A stretch of 64,000 nt of DNA, taken from Alphaproteobacteria bacterium (GTDB lineage Bacteria; Pseudomonadota; Alphaproteobacteria; MPNO01). Positions 56,994-64,000 of the stretch are shown here, piece by piece; position 1 is the first letter of the stretch, and the number at the start of each line of letters is the position of its first letter. The DNA lies in contig OZ219866.1 of the NCBI GenBank assembly GCA_964291675.2, positions 1,728,001 to 1,792,000 of the forward strand, given 5' to 3'. A model generated the notes under the pieces. That model did not search any database. It saw nothing but the letters and a program-made list of their open reading frames with translations, and was not told where the DNA came from. The position numbers were made by a program, and so were the translations under genes.

Positions 56994-57881
56994 TCAACCC
57001 ACCCGCGACAGCGCACGCATGACCGTCAGCCGCGCGCTTGCCATGCCGAGCGCCGCCACGACGAGGGGCAGTCCGGCGAGCGCACCCCACTGCATCGGGG
57101 ACAACGTCATCTCCGGCAGCATCAGGGTGGTTCCGCCGGGCGCATACCGGCCGAGCAGGAACAACGTCGCCGCGGCGAGAGCGCAACCGACGATCCCGCC
57201 CTTGATCGCGAGATTGCGGGAATGGGCGACGAACTGGCGCGCGATACGTGTGTCCTGGGCGCCCACGAGCCGCATGATCCTGATCGCCTCGCCATGCGCC
57301 GCGAGCCCGGCCCGCGTGGCGAAGACCGCGGTCGCCACCGCGGTCAGGGCGAACAGGACGGTGAGCGCGGCGCCGAACGCCTGCAGGGCGCGCGTAAAGT
57401 GCAACACCTTCTCCAGCCACAGCCCGTGCTCGTCGATCCGGGTGCCCGGCACCGCGGCGTCGAGCGCGACCTCCAGAGCGACGATGTCGAGCTCGGCGCC
57501 GCGACGCAGTCGAACGTCGATCAGCGTCGGCAAAGGCAGGGCGTCGAGCCCGGGACCGGCCCCCAGCCAGGGTTCGAGCAGAGCGCGCGATTCCGCCTCG
57601 TCGATCGGCGCGGCGTCCTCGATCGCCGGCGTGGCGATGAGGAGTGCGACGGTTTCCGCAACGCGGTCTTGCGCGCCGTCCGCGCTCGCGGGGACCTGGA
57701 CGGAGATCCGACCGGCGAACGTGCCGCGCCAGCTTCGCTCGGCCGAGGCGATTGCCATCGTCGCCGCGAGCCCGAGGGCCGCGATGTAAACCGTCGCGGC
57801 GATGATCCAGGAGCCGTAACGGCTCGACGCGTCGCGTCCGAGCGGCAGGGCCCGACCCAGATGGCGGCGGCCGCCGGTCAT
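56994..57881 (-). CDS. ftsX: Cell division permease FtsX
   Basis: LLEPWLG, LPLPTLIDV, IMRLVGA; four TM segments; follows ftsE. Confidence 0.88.
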   Translation of the reverse strand: MTGGRRHLGRALPLGRDASSRYGSWIIAATVYIAALGLAATMAIASAERSWRGTFAGRISVQVPASADGAQDRVAETVALLIATPAIEDAAPIDEAESRALLEPWLGAGPGLDALPLPTLIDVRLRRGAELDIVALEVALDAAVPGTRIDEHGLWLEKVLHFTRALQAFGAALTVLFALTAVATAVFATRAGLAAHGEAIRIMRLVGAQDTRIARQFVAHSRNLAIKGGIVGCALAAATLFLLGRYAPGGTTLMLPEMTLSPMQWGALAGLPLVVAALGMASARLTVMRALSRVG

Positions 57882-58591
57882 CCCGGCCGCCGTGCGCCGC
57901 GAATACCCGCCATGGGACCGAGGCGGCGCATCTCGCCGCCGTCGAGCGCATATGCGGGGTGGCCGAACCGGTTGACCAGCGAATCGTTGTGGGTTGCCAC
58001 GAGGACGGTCGTTCCGACCTTGCTGAGCTCTTCCAGCAGATGTATCAGCCGAATCGCGGCGTTGTCGTCAACGCTCCCGGTCGGCTCGTCCGCAAGCAGC
58101 AGGTCGGGCCGGCCGATGACGGCCCGCGCGATGGCCACCCTTTGCTTCTGCCCGTCCGACAGGGCCGACGGCAGCTCGTCGAGATCCTGTCCCAGCCCCA
58201 CCCAGCGCAGGAGCTCCGTCACGTAATCGCGGATCTGGGCTTCCCTGGCGTTCGAGATGCGCAGCGGCAGCGCGACGTTCTCGGCCGCCGTCAGGTGTGC
58301 GATCAGCCCGAATTCCTGGGAAACCACGCCAATCCGCCGGCGCAGCGCCGGCCTCTGCTTGCGGCCGATCGCGGAGACGTCCCGGTCGAACAGATGCAGC
58401 GAGCCGCGGCTGGGTCGAACCGCGAGATAGAGCAGGCGCAGGAGCGACGTCTTCCCCGCCCCGCTCGCGCCGGTCAGGAAGTGGAAGGACCCGGCCTCCA
58501 GCGAGAGCGAAATGCCGCGCAGTACTTCCGGACCCGCCCCGTATTGCAGACCGACATTGTCCAGCCGGACGATCTCCGTCTCCACCGCCAC
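57878..58591 (-). CDS. ftsE: Cell division ATP-binding protein FtsE
   Basis: Walker A GASGAGKT, signature LSDGQKQRVAIARA, LLADEPTG. Confidence 0.9.
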   Translation of the reverse strand: MAVETEIVRLDNVGLQYGAGPEVLRGISLSLEAGSFHFLTGASGAGKTSLLRLLYLAVRPSRGSLHLFDRDVSAIGRKQRPALRRRIGVVSQEFGLIAHLTAAENVALPLRISNAREAQIRDYVTELLRWVGLGQDLDELPSALSDGQKQRVAIARAVIGRPDLLLADEPTGSVDDNAAIRLIHLLEELSKVGTTVLVATHNDSLVNRFGHPAYALDGGEMRRLGPMAGIRGARRPG

Positions 58592-58714
58592 CGAGCCCTC
58601 CGCGGTTCGGCGGGCAAATTCGCATGAGCCACCGCAATGCGCAAACCCTGCGCTCGCCTTGCCTCCCTATCCGGCCAGCCCTATAAACCGGCATCTCACA
58701 GCAGGCGGAACGAA

Positions 58715-59452
58715 ATGATACTTGCCTGCCTTAACTGTTCCGCCCGCTTTCTGGTGCCTGAGGGCGCGATCGGGGTGCGGGGCAGAGTCGTGCGCTGCGG
58801 ACGCTGCGACCATGTCTGGTTTGCGGCACCGCCGCCGGAACTCGTTCGACCCGCCGCCGATTCGGCCGGCGGGCAACCCGCGCCGTTTCCCGAACCCCCC
58901 GCCGCGGCCGAGGAGGCGTTGTCCGCACCGCCGTTGCGGGACCCGGACGAGCTGCGGATCGACGGGCCGCCCGCGCGGGCGCAGCTTCCGGTGCTCAGGC
59001 AGGAGCGAAGGCGTTGGCCTGGCCGCGTCGCATGGGCGGCGGTGGCGGCGATCGCGATCGCCCTCGTCGCGGGCGGCGCGTGGCGCTACCGCGCCGAGAT
59101 TGCCAAGACCTGGCCGTTCGCCGAGACCGTCTATTCCTCCGTCGGCGTCGACGCGCTGCCGCGCGGATTCGGCCTCGACCTGACCATCGAGAGCTCGGAA
59201 AACGCGATCAGGGAGGGCGCCCGGGTGCTTTCGATCACCGCCAGGATCGAGAACACGACGTCGCGGTCCCGCGGCGTGCCGGATATACGCGGCGCATTGT
59301 TCGACGAGAATGAACGAAAGTTGCGTCACTGGACAATCGCCGCTCCGGTGGCCGATCTCGCGCCCGACCGGGAGGTCGAGTTCAATACCGAAGTCATTGA
59401 CCCGCCGCCGGAGGCGGTGCGGATATCGATCGCTTTTGACGAACCAAGGTGA
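58715..59452 (+). CDS. MJ0042-type zinc finger / DUF3426 membrane protein (ZitP-like)
   Basis: MILACLNC...VRCGRCDHVW, Pro-rich linker, one TM segment, periplasmic domain; divergent from ftsE. Confidence 0.82.
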   Translation: MILACLNCSARFLVPEGAIGVRGRVVRCGRCDHVWFAAPPPELVRPAADSAGGQPAPFPEPPAAAEEALSAPPLRDPDELRIDGPPARAQLPVLRQERRRWPGRVAWAAVAAIAIALVAGGAWRYRAEIAKTWPFAETVYSSVGVDALPRGFGLDLTIESSENAIREGARVLSITARIENTTSRSRGVPDIRGALFDENERKLRHWTIAAPVADLAPDREVEFNTEVIDPPPEAVRISIAFDEPR

Positions 59453-59453
59453 C

Positions 59454-59990
59454 ATGTCGGACCACAGACCTGCTATCGAAACGCTGATATCGGAAGAAGA
59501 CATTGCGGGCCGGGTGATCGGCCTGGCCGGGGAGATCGCCGGCTCCGCCGGCAAGAACCTTCTGATCGTCGTCATTCTCAAGGGCAGCTTCGTGTTCGCC
59601 GCCGACCTCATCCGCGCGCTCGAACGCGCCGGGGTCGAACCCCAGGTCGACTTCATGACCCTGTCGAGCTATGGCACGGGCACCGAGAGCTCCGGTTCGG
59701 TCGCCCTGGTGCGCGACATCTCCGAGGATGTGTCCGGTCGCGACGTGCTGATCGTCGACGACATTCTCGAATCGGGCCGCACGCTGGCCTTCGCCCGCGA
59801 CCTGATGCGGACGCGCGGCGCCTCGACCGTCCGCACCTGCCTGCTGCTCGACAAGGCAGGCAAGCGCGACGTGCCGATCGAGGCCGACTATTGCGGGTTC
59901 GAGATCGGCGATAGTTTCGTCGTGGGTTACGGGCTGGACTATGCGCACCATTATCGCGGGCTGCCCTATATCGGGGTCGTGCAGAGCTGA
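59454..59990 (+). CDS. hpt: Hypoxanthine phosphoribosyltransferase
   Basis: ILKGSFVF, VLIVDDILESGRTL, FVVGYGLD. Confidence 0.93.
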   Translation: MSDHRPAIETLISEEDIAGRVIGLAGEIAGSAGKNLLIVVILKGSFVFAADLIRALERAGVEPQVDFMTLSSYGTGTESSGSVALVRDISEDVSGRDVLIVDDILESGRTLAFARDLMRTRGASTVRTCLLLDKAGKRDVPIEADYCGFEIGDSFVVGYGLDYAHHYRGLPYIGVVQS

Positions 59991-60022
59991 GCCAACCCGC
60001 CGCCCGCGGTGCCGATTCCGGG

Positions 60023-62518
60023 CTAGAACCTTCTCAGCAGCCGGTCGATGTAGTCGAGCTCCGGCTGCGGCCGATAGCGCTGCCCCGCGCGGTGGCGGAG
60101 CTCCTCCAGAATGCGCTGGGCGCGTTCGATGGCGCTCTCGTCGGGAATATCCATGTCGCGGGTGTCGATCCCCATCTCGTTGGGCAGGAAACGGCCCAGG
60201 GGGTCGCGCCGCAGCTGCATGGGCCGGAAGTCGCGGTTCAGCCCTATCCCGGTCCCCCGGTCCATCTGCTGCATCATCTGTTGGACGATGCCCTGGCCGG
60301 CGCGCTGCAGCGCGTCGATGGCGCGGCCCTGGGGGGCCACCGAATCGCCGGGGGCGTTTCGGTCGAGCGCGCCCGCCGCGTCCCCCATGTTGCGATCCGC
60401 ATCGTCGAACGCCCGGCCGGGCGATTGCGGCCCCCCGCCCGGCTGCATCCCCATCCGGCGCAAGGCCTCGCGCAGCCGTTGCAGCGCCTCGCGGAGTTCG
60501 CGCTGGGTCATGGCGCCCTGCCGCGAGTTCCGCGGGTCGGGCCGCCCGCTCTGCGGCTGCGATTGACGAAAGCTCCGGTTCATCAACGCTTTCTGGCGTT
60601 CGATGAGCTCGCGCAGCTGTTGCAGCGCCTGATTGCCGGCCTGCGCCTGGGGGCTCATCTGCGGCATGCGGCCGGCGCGCAGATTCTCCAGCATGTTCTG
60701 CAATGCGGCCAGCATCTGCCGCGCGGCATCGCGCGCCCCCGAACGCATGAGGTCGCGGATCTGCTGCAGAACGCGCTGCAGGTCGGTGCTCTCCAGCAGG
60801 CGCTGGCTGGGGTCGAAGGGCAGCGCCTGCTGCCGGTCCGGAAGGTTGCGCATCTGCTGCGCGAGCTCGCGCAGGAACCGGTCCAGCGCGCGCTGGAGCT
60901 CGTCCATCAACCGTTCGAGCTCGGCGTCCGGCGCGTTCCGCGCCAGCGCCTCCATCAGGTCCTGCTGGGCCCGGCGCAAATTGCGCTCGGCAATGGAGAG
61001 CTCGCCGTCCTCGATACCCAGCGCGGTGTCCCACAAGATGTCCCTGACGCTGTCGAGCGCAGCGTCTCCCGGCTCGTAGACCAGCCGATGGTACGCCGCG
61101 GTCAGCGCGAGGAAGGTCGCCGTGCGGTCCTGATAGGCGCCCGGGCGGGCCGCGATGGCGCTGAGAGCCTGGGCGATCGCCTCCCTGCGTTCCGGCTCCG
61201 TGGTGAGGCGCTTGCGCTGCTCGATGACCTGCCGCGCGACCGGGTGGCGAAAGACCCGCTCGGGCAGCGTGAACCGGGCGTCCTCGCCGGTGGCCTCCTG
61301 CCCGGCGCCGTCGCGCGCGACGAGGCGGATGGCCACCGGCAACCCGGCCCAGCGATGCGGCGTGAGGTCGTGGTAGCTCGCCACCTCCGCGGTCTTCGCC
61401 CCGGGCCGGGGCAGGGCGAGCTCCAGCGTCTCGACCTCCTTGCCGATCACCGTCCCGCGCTCGTAGGTCCGGCGGATCTCCGCCCGGACGCGGTCCAGCC
61501 CGTAATCGTCGCTCGCCTTGTAGACCAGCGTCAGGGACTTGCGTTCGCTCGCGCCCGGCGGCTTGGCGAAGGCGATGGAGGGCGGCCGGTCCGGAACCAC
61601 CTCGATCTGCCAGTCGCCGAGAACCCGGCCGCCGCCTTCGACCGCCAGCCGGCCGGTCTCCACGATCGGCGCCGTGATCGACGCGTTTCCGGAATCGACC
61701 CGCTCGAACGCTGTGCGCGACTCGCCGAGGACCAGCGCCGCGCCGTCGGGCGCGTTGGCGAGCCGCGCGGTGAGCACGCTGCCGGCCGGAACCCGGATCG
61801 GTGGCGCGACGCCCGGCGCCGGGACCTCGTCGCCCGCCGCCGGGGCGGCGTCCGGAAGCCTGGGAAAGATCGGCGCTGCGCCGGTGTAGTCGGGCGGCGC
61901 GATCCAGACTTCGAGGACCGGTTCGGCGGCCGGCGCGCCATCCCACAGCGCCGGGCTCACCGCCTCGCCGAGGCGCTTGCCGGGCTCCGGCCACGCGGCG
62001 ACCGCCGCGATGACGACGAGGAGCGCCACGGCGAACCTGATCGCCATCGGATCGCGCGCGGCGACGCCCGGCCGGGGAAGCCCCAACCCGATGCGGCGGG
62101 CCGATCGCGCGACGCGCTCCCTGTGCTCCCGCCACAGCGCTTCCGCATCCGACCCGCCCACCCCCTCCGCGAGGCGGTCCTCGAGGGTCTGCAGCGGGCG
62201 GTGCGGGAACCCGTTGGCGCGTTCCAGCCGGCGCCGCGCCGTTTCGGTATCGGGGATCGCGAGGCCGCGGAGGCCGGTCCACAGCAGGACCAGAAATCCG
62301 CCGAGAAGCGCGCACAGCGCGAGCGCGTGCAGCCATCCCGGCAGCAGCGGCAAGACGCCGAACAACGCCAGCGCGAGGAACAGGACGACAACCGACAGCG
62401 CCGGCCAGAGGCCGCGCCAGAGCTGCTCCCAGACCATCGAGGCACGCGTGGCCAGGAGCTTGCCGCCGTAGCGCGGCGGTCTCGGTTCGCTCTCGATCGG
62501 TTCGCCCGGGCGGGTCAT
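60023..62518 (-). CDS. TIGR02302 / DUF4175 family membrane-anchored coiled-coil protein
   Basis: WIAPPDYTG, ASDDYG, RDPLGR, ELDYIDRLL; position next to lysA. Confidence 0.88.
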   Translation of the reverse strand: MTRPGEPIESEPRPPRYGGKLLATRASMVWEQLWRGLWPALSVVVLFLALALFGVLPLLPGWLHALALCALLGGFLVLLWTGLRGLAIPDTETARRRLERANGFPHRPLQTLEDRLAEGVGGSDAEALWREHRERVARSARRIGLGLPRPGVAARDPMAIRFAVALLVVIAAVAAWPEPGKRLGEAVSPALWDGAPAAEPVLEVWIAPPDYTGAAPIFPRLPDAAPAAGDEVPAPGVAPPIRVPAGSVLTARLANAPDGAALVLGESRTAFERVDSGNASITAPIVETGRLAVEGGGRVLGDWQIEVVPDRPPSIAFAKPPGASERKSLTLVYKASDDYGLDRVRAEIRRTYERGTVIGKEVETLELALPRPGAKTAEVASYHDLTPHRWAGLPVAIRLVARDGAGQEATGEDARFTLPERVFRHPVARQVIEQRKRLTTEPERREAIAQALSAIAARPGAYQDRTATFLALTAAYHRLVYEPGDAALDSVRDILWDTALGIEDGELSIAERNLRRAQQDLMEALARNAPDAELERLMDELQRALDRFLRELAQQMRNLPDRQQALPFDPSQRLLESTDLQRVLQQIRDLMRSGARDAARQMLAALQNMLENLRAGRMPQMSPQAQAGNQALQQLRELIERQKALMNRSFRQSQPQSGRPDPRNSRQGAMTQRELREALQRLREALRRMGMQPGGGPQSPGRAFDDADRNMGDAAGALDRNAPGDSVAPQGRAIDALQRAGQGIVQQMMQQMDRGTGIGLNRDFRPMQLRRDPLGRFLPNEMGIDTRDMDIPDESAIERAQRILEELRHRAGQRYRPQPELDYIDRLLRRF

Positions 62519-62544
62519 CGCAACTTGAGCCCTTCTCCCACCCC

Positions 62545-63807
62545 CTATTCAAGCCAGCAGGGCAGGCGGTCGAGCGCCTGGAACGTCGCCGGATCCTGAA
62601 ACGGCCGGATCTCGGCATGCGCGCCGTTATGGACCATAACCTCTCCGACGAGGCCGCGGCCATTGTAAAACGACGCCATCACCGCGCCATAGGCGCCGGC
62701 GCCGGCGATCGCGACCAGATCGCCCTCTTCCAAGATGGGCAGTTCCGCCCCCCGGGCAAGCCAGTCGCCGGTCTCGCAGACCGGGCCCACCACGTCCACG
62801 GGGCGGGTTTCCCGCCCCGCCGCCGGTTGCGCCACCGGGAGGACGGCATGCGCGGCGCCATACAGGGTGGGGCGCAGCAGGTCGTTCATCGCCGCATCGA
62901 CGATGACGAAGCGCCGGACCGGCGTTTCCTTCGTATAGAGCACCCTGCTCAACAGCACCCCGGCATTGCCCACCAGGCGCCGGCCCGGCTCGACGGTAAT
63001 CTCGCAGCCCAGCCCGCCGACGGTGCGCCGCACGATGTCGGCGAAACCGGCGAGGCTGGGCGCGGTCTCGTCGGTATAGGCGATGCCGAGCCCGCCGCCG
63101 AGGTCCAGGCGCTCGACCGCGAGACCCGCGCGGCGCAGCTCCCGCACGCAATCGGCGAGCACGGCGAAGGCGCTCTCGAAAGACGAGAGGTCGAGGATCT
63201 GCGAGCCGATATGGGCGGCAAGCCCGACCATGCGGAGTCCCGCCGCCCTCGACCCGAGCTCGTAGACCCGTGCCGCGTCCCGGATCGGAACGCCGAATTT
63301 GTGCTCGTAGCTGCCGGTCGCGATCCGGTCCGCCGTATCGACCGCAACATCCGGGTTGACGCGGATCGCCGTGTCCGCGCGCAGGCCGAGAGTCGCGGCG
63401 GTTTCCCCCAGCAGGGCCAGCTCCGCCTCGGATTCCACGTTGAACTGGCCGATCCCGGCCTTCAGCGCCTGCGCGATCTCATCCCGCGTCTTGCCCACGC
63501 CGGAAAACACGATCCCGGTCGGGCGGATGCCGGCGGCGATCGCGCGCGCAAGCTCCCCGCCGGAGACCACGTCGGCCCCGGCGCCGAGCCGGGCAAGGGC
63601 CCGGATCACGGCGACGTTGCCGTTGGCCTTCACCGCGTAGCAGATCCGGGCGCCGAGGCCATCGAGCGCGGCGGCGAGCTCGCGGTACTCGTCCTCCATC
63701 GCGGCCTGGGAATAGACATAGACCGGCGTGCCGTAGGCCTCGGCGAGGGTTTCGAGGGAGACGCCCTCGGCGCACAGGCATCCGTCGCGATAGGCGAAGG
63801 CGTTCAT
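62545..63807 (-). CDS. lysA: Diaminopimelate decarboxylase
   Basis: YAVKAN, HIGSQ, GGGLG, EPGR, GPVCETGD, GAYG. Confidence 0.95.
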   Translation of the reverse strand: MNAFAYRDGCLCAEGVSLETLAEAYGTPVYVYSQAAMEDEYRELAAALDGLGARICYAVKANGNVAVIRALARLGAGADVVSGGELARAIAAGIRPTGIVFSGVGKTRDEIAQALKAGIGQFNVESEAELALLGETAATLGLRADTAIRVNPDVAVDTADRIATGSYEHKFGVPIRDAARVYELGSRAAGLRMVGLAAHIGSQILDLSSFESAFAVLADCVRELRRAGLAVERLDLGGGLGIAYTDETAPSLAGFADIVRRTVGGLGCEITVEPGRRLVGNAGVLLSRVLYTKETPVRRFVIVDAAMNDLLRPTLYGAAHAVLPVAQPAAGRETRPVDVVGPVCETGDWLARGAELPILEEGDLVAIAGAGAYGAVMASFYNGRGLVGEVMVHNGAHAEIRPFQDPATFQALDRLPCWLE

Positions 63808-63953
63808 TGCGGCGGCGGGCCGGAGGGATATTTTCGCGGGAACGAATCTTTCCGGTCTTCCGGCAGCTCCGGATCGCCCTTCCTGCCGCAAGCGGCGAGG
63901 AGGCAGGGCGACAACGCCCCGGCCAGGAACAGGAGGGCGCGGCGCCGGCTCAC
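63804..63953 (-). CDS. Small lipoprotein (LptM/YifL-like), 49 aa; absent from the ORF track
   Basis: MSRRRALLFLAGALSPCLLAACGRKGDPELP...: lipobox LAAC followed by GRKG, in the conserved argH-lysA interval. Confidence 0.8.
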   Translation of the reverse strand: MSRRRALLFLAGALSPCLLAACGRKGDPELPEDRKDSFPRKYPSGPPPQ

Positions 63954-64000
63954 AGGAAGCGCTCCCGCGCGCCCCGCACGGCCTCCAGTACCCGCCCCGG
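63950..64000 (-). CDS. argH: Argininosuccinate lyase, 3' end (partial)
   Basis: C-terminal PGRVLEAVRGARERFL*, plus synteny with the lipoprotein gene and lysA. Confidence 0.65.
   Translation of the reverse strand, partial: PGRVLEAVRGARERFL

Noticed and set aside
58115-58175. FtsE ABC signature reads LSDGQ instead of LSGGE/Q
   Set aside because: A single substitution with Walker A/B intact. Loss of function cannot be inferred from this.
60014-60026. gattccgggctag resembling the MITE end (also gggctag at 8121)
   Set aside because: Only about 12 nt match, with no partner arm or core, and both coincide with stop codons. May be chance.
1-64000. Many long alternative-frame and antisense ORFs (e.g. 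15113-18187 +, 50134-53760 -, 59394-62663 -, 32842-35376 -)
   Set aside because: Arg/Gly/Pro-rich shadow ORFs expected in very high-GC DNA. They overlap genes with clear family motifs and show none of their own.

Overview
A very GC-rich, densely coding 64-kb chromosomal window from an alphaproteobacterium, probably Rhodospirillales-like. This is inferred from the conserved argH-lptM-lysA-TIGR02302-hpt-zitP-ftsE-ftsX-ydcF-plsC block at the right end. Most of the window is accessory catabolism: an N-heteroaromatic-type cluster (cupin, MHPCO-like flavoprotein, amidohydrolase, Rieske demethylase, Mo-hydroxylase), a TctABC transporter, two tandem UbiD decarboxylases divergent from a Rieske dioxygenase, a complete N-methylglutamate (methylamine) pathway, a ThDP enzyme/MetE-like/LVIVD trio and an RND pump. 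The most unusual features are: (i) an RND periplasmic adaptor carrying a duplicated Cys-bracketed EF-hand module, paired with a permease lacking the canonical AcrB DD/K proton relay; (ii) a palindromic MITE-like element, one copy of which appears inserted at codon 3-4 of a dehydrogenase gene while supplying a replacement SD and ATG; (iii) two small orphan genes with hairpins over or next to the RBS; (iv) a kdgK remnant and a toxin-antitoxin remnant. I saw no rRNA, tRNA, CRISPR array or transposase. All product calls come from motif recognition by eye; no database search was run.
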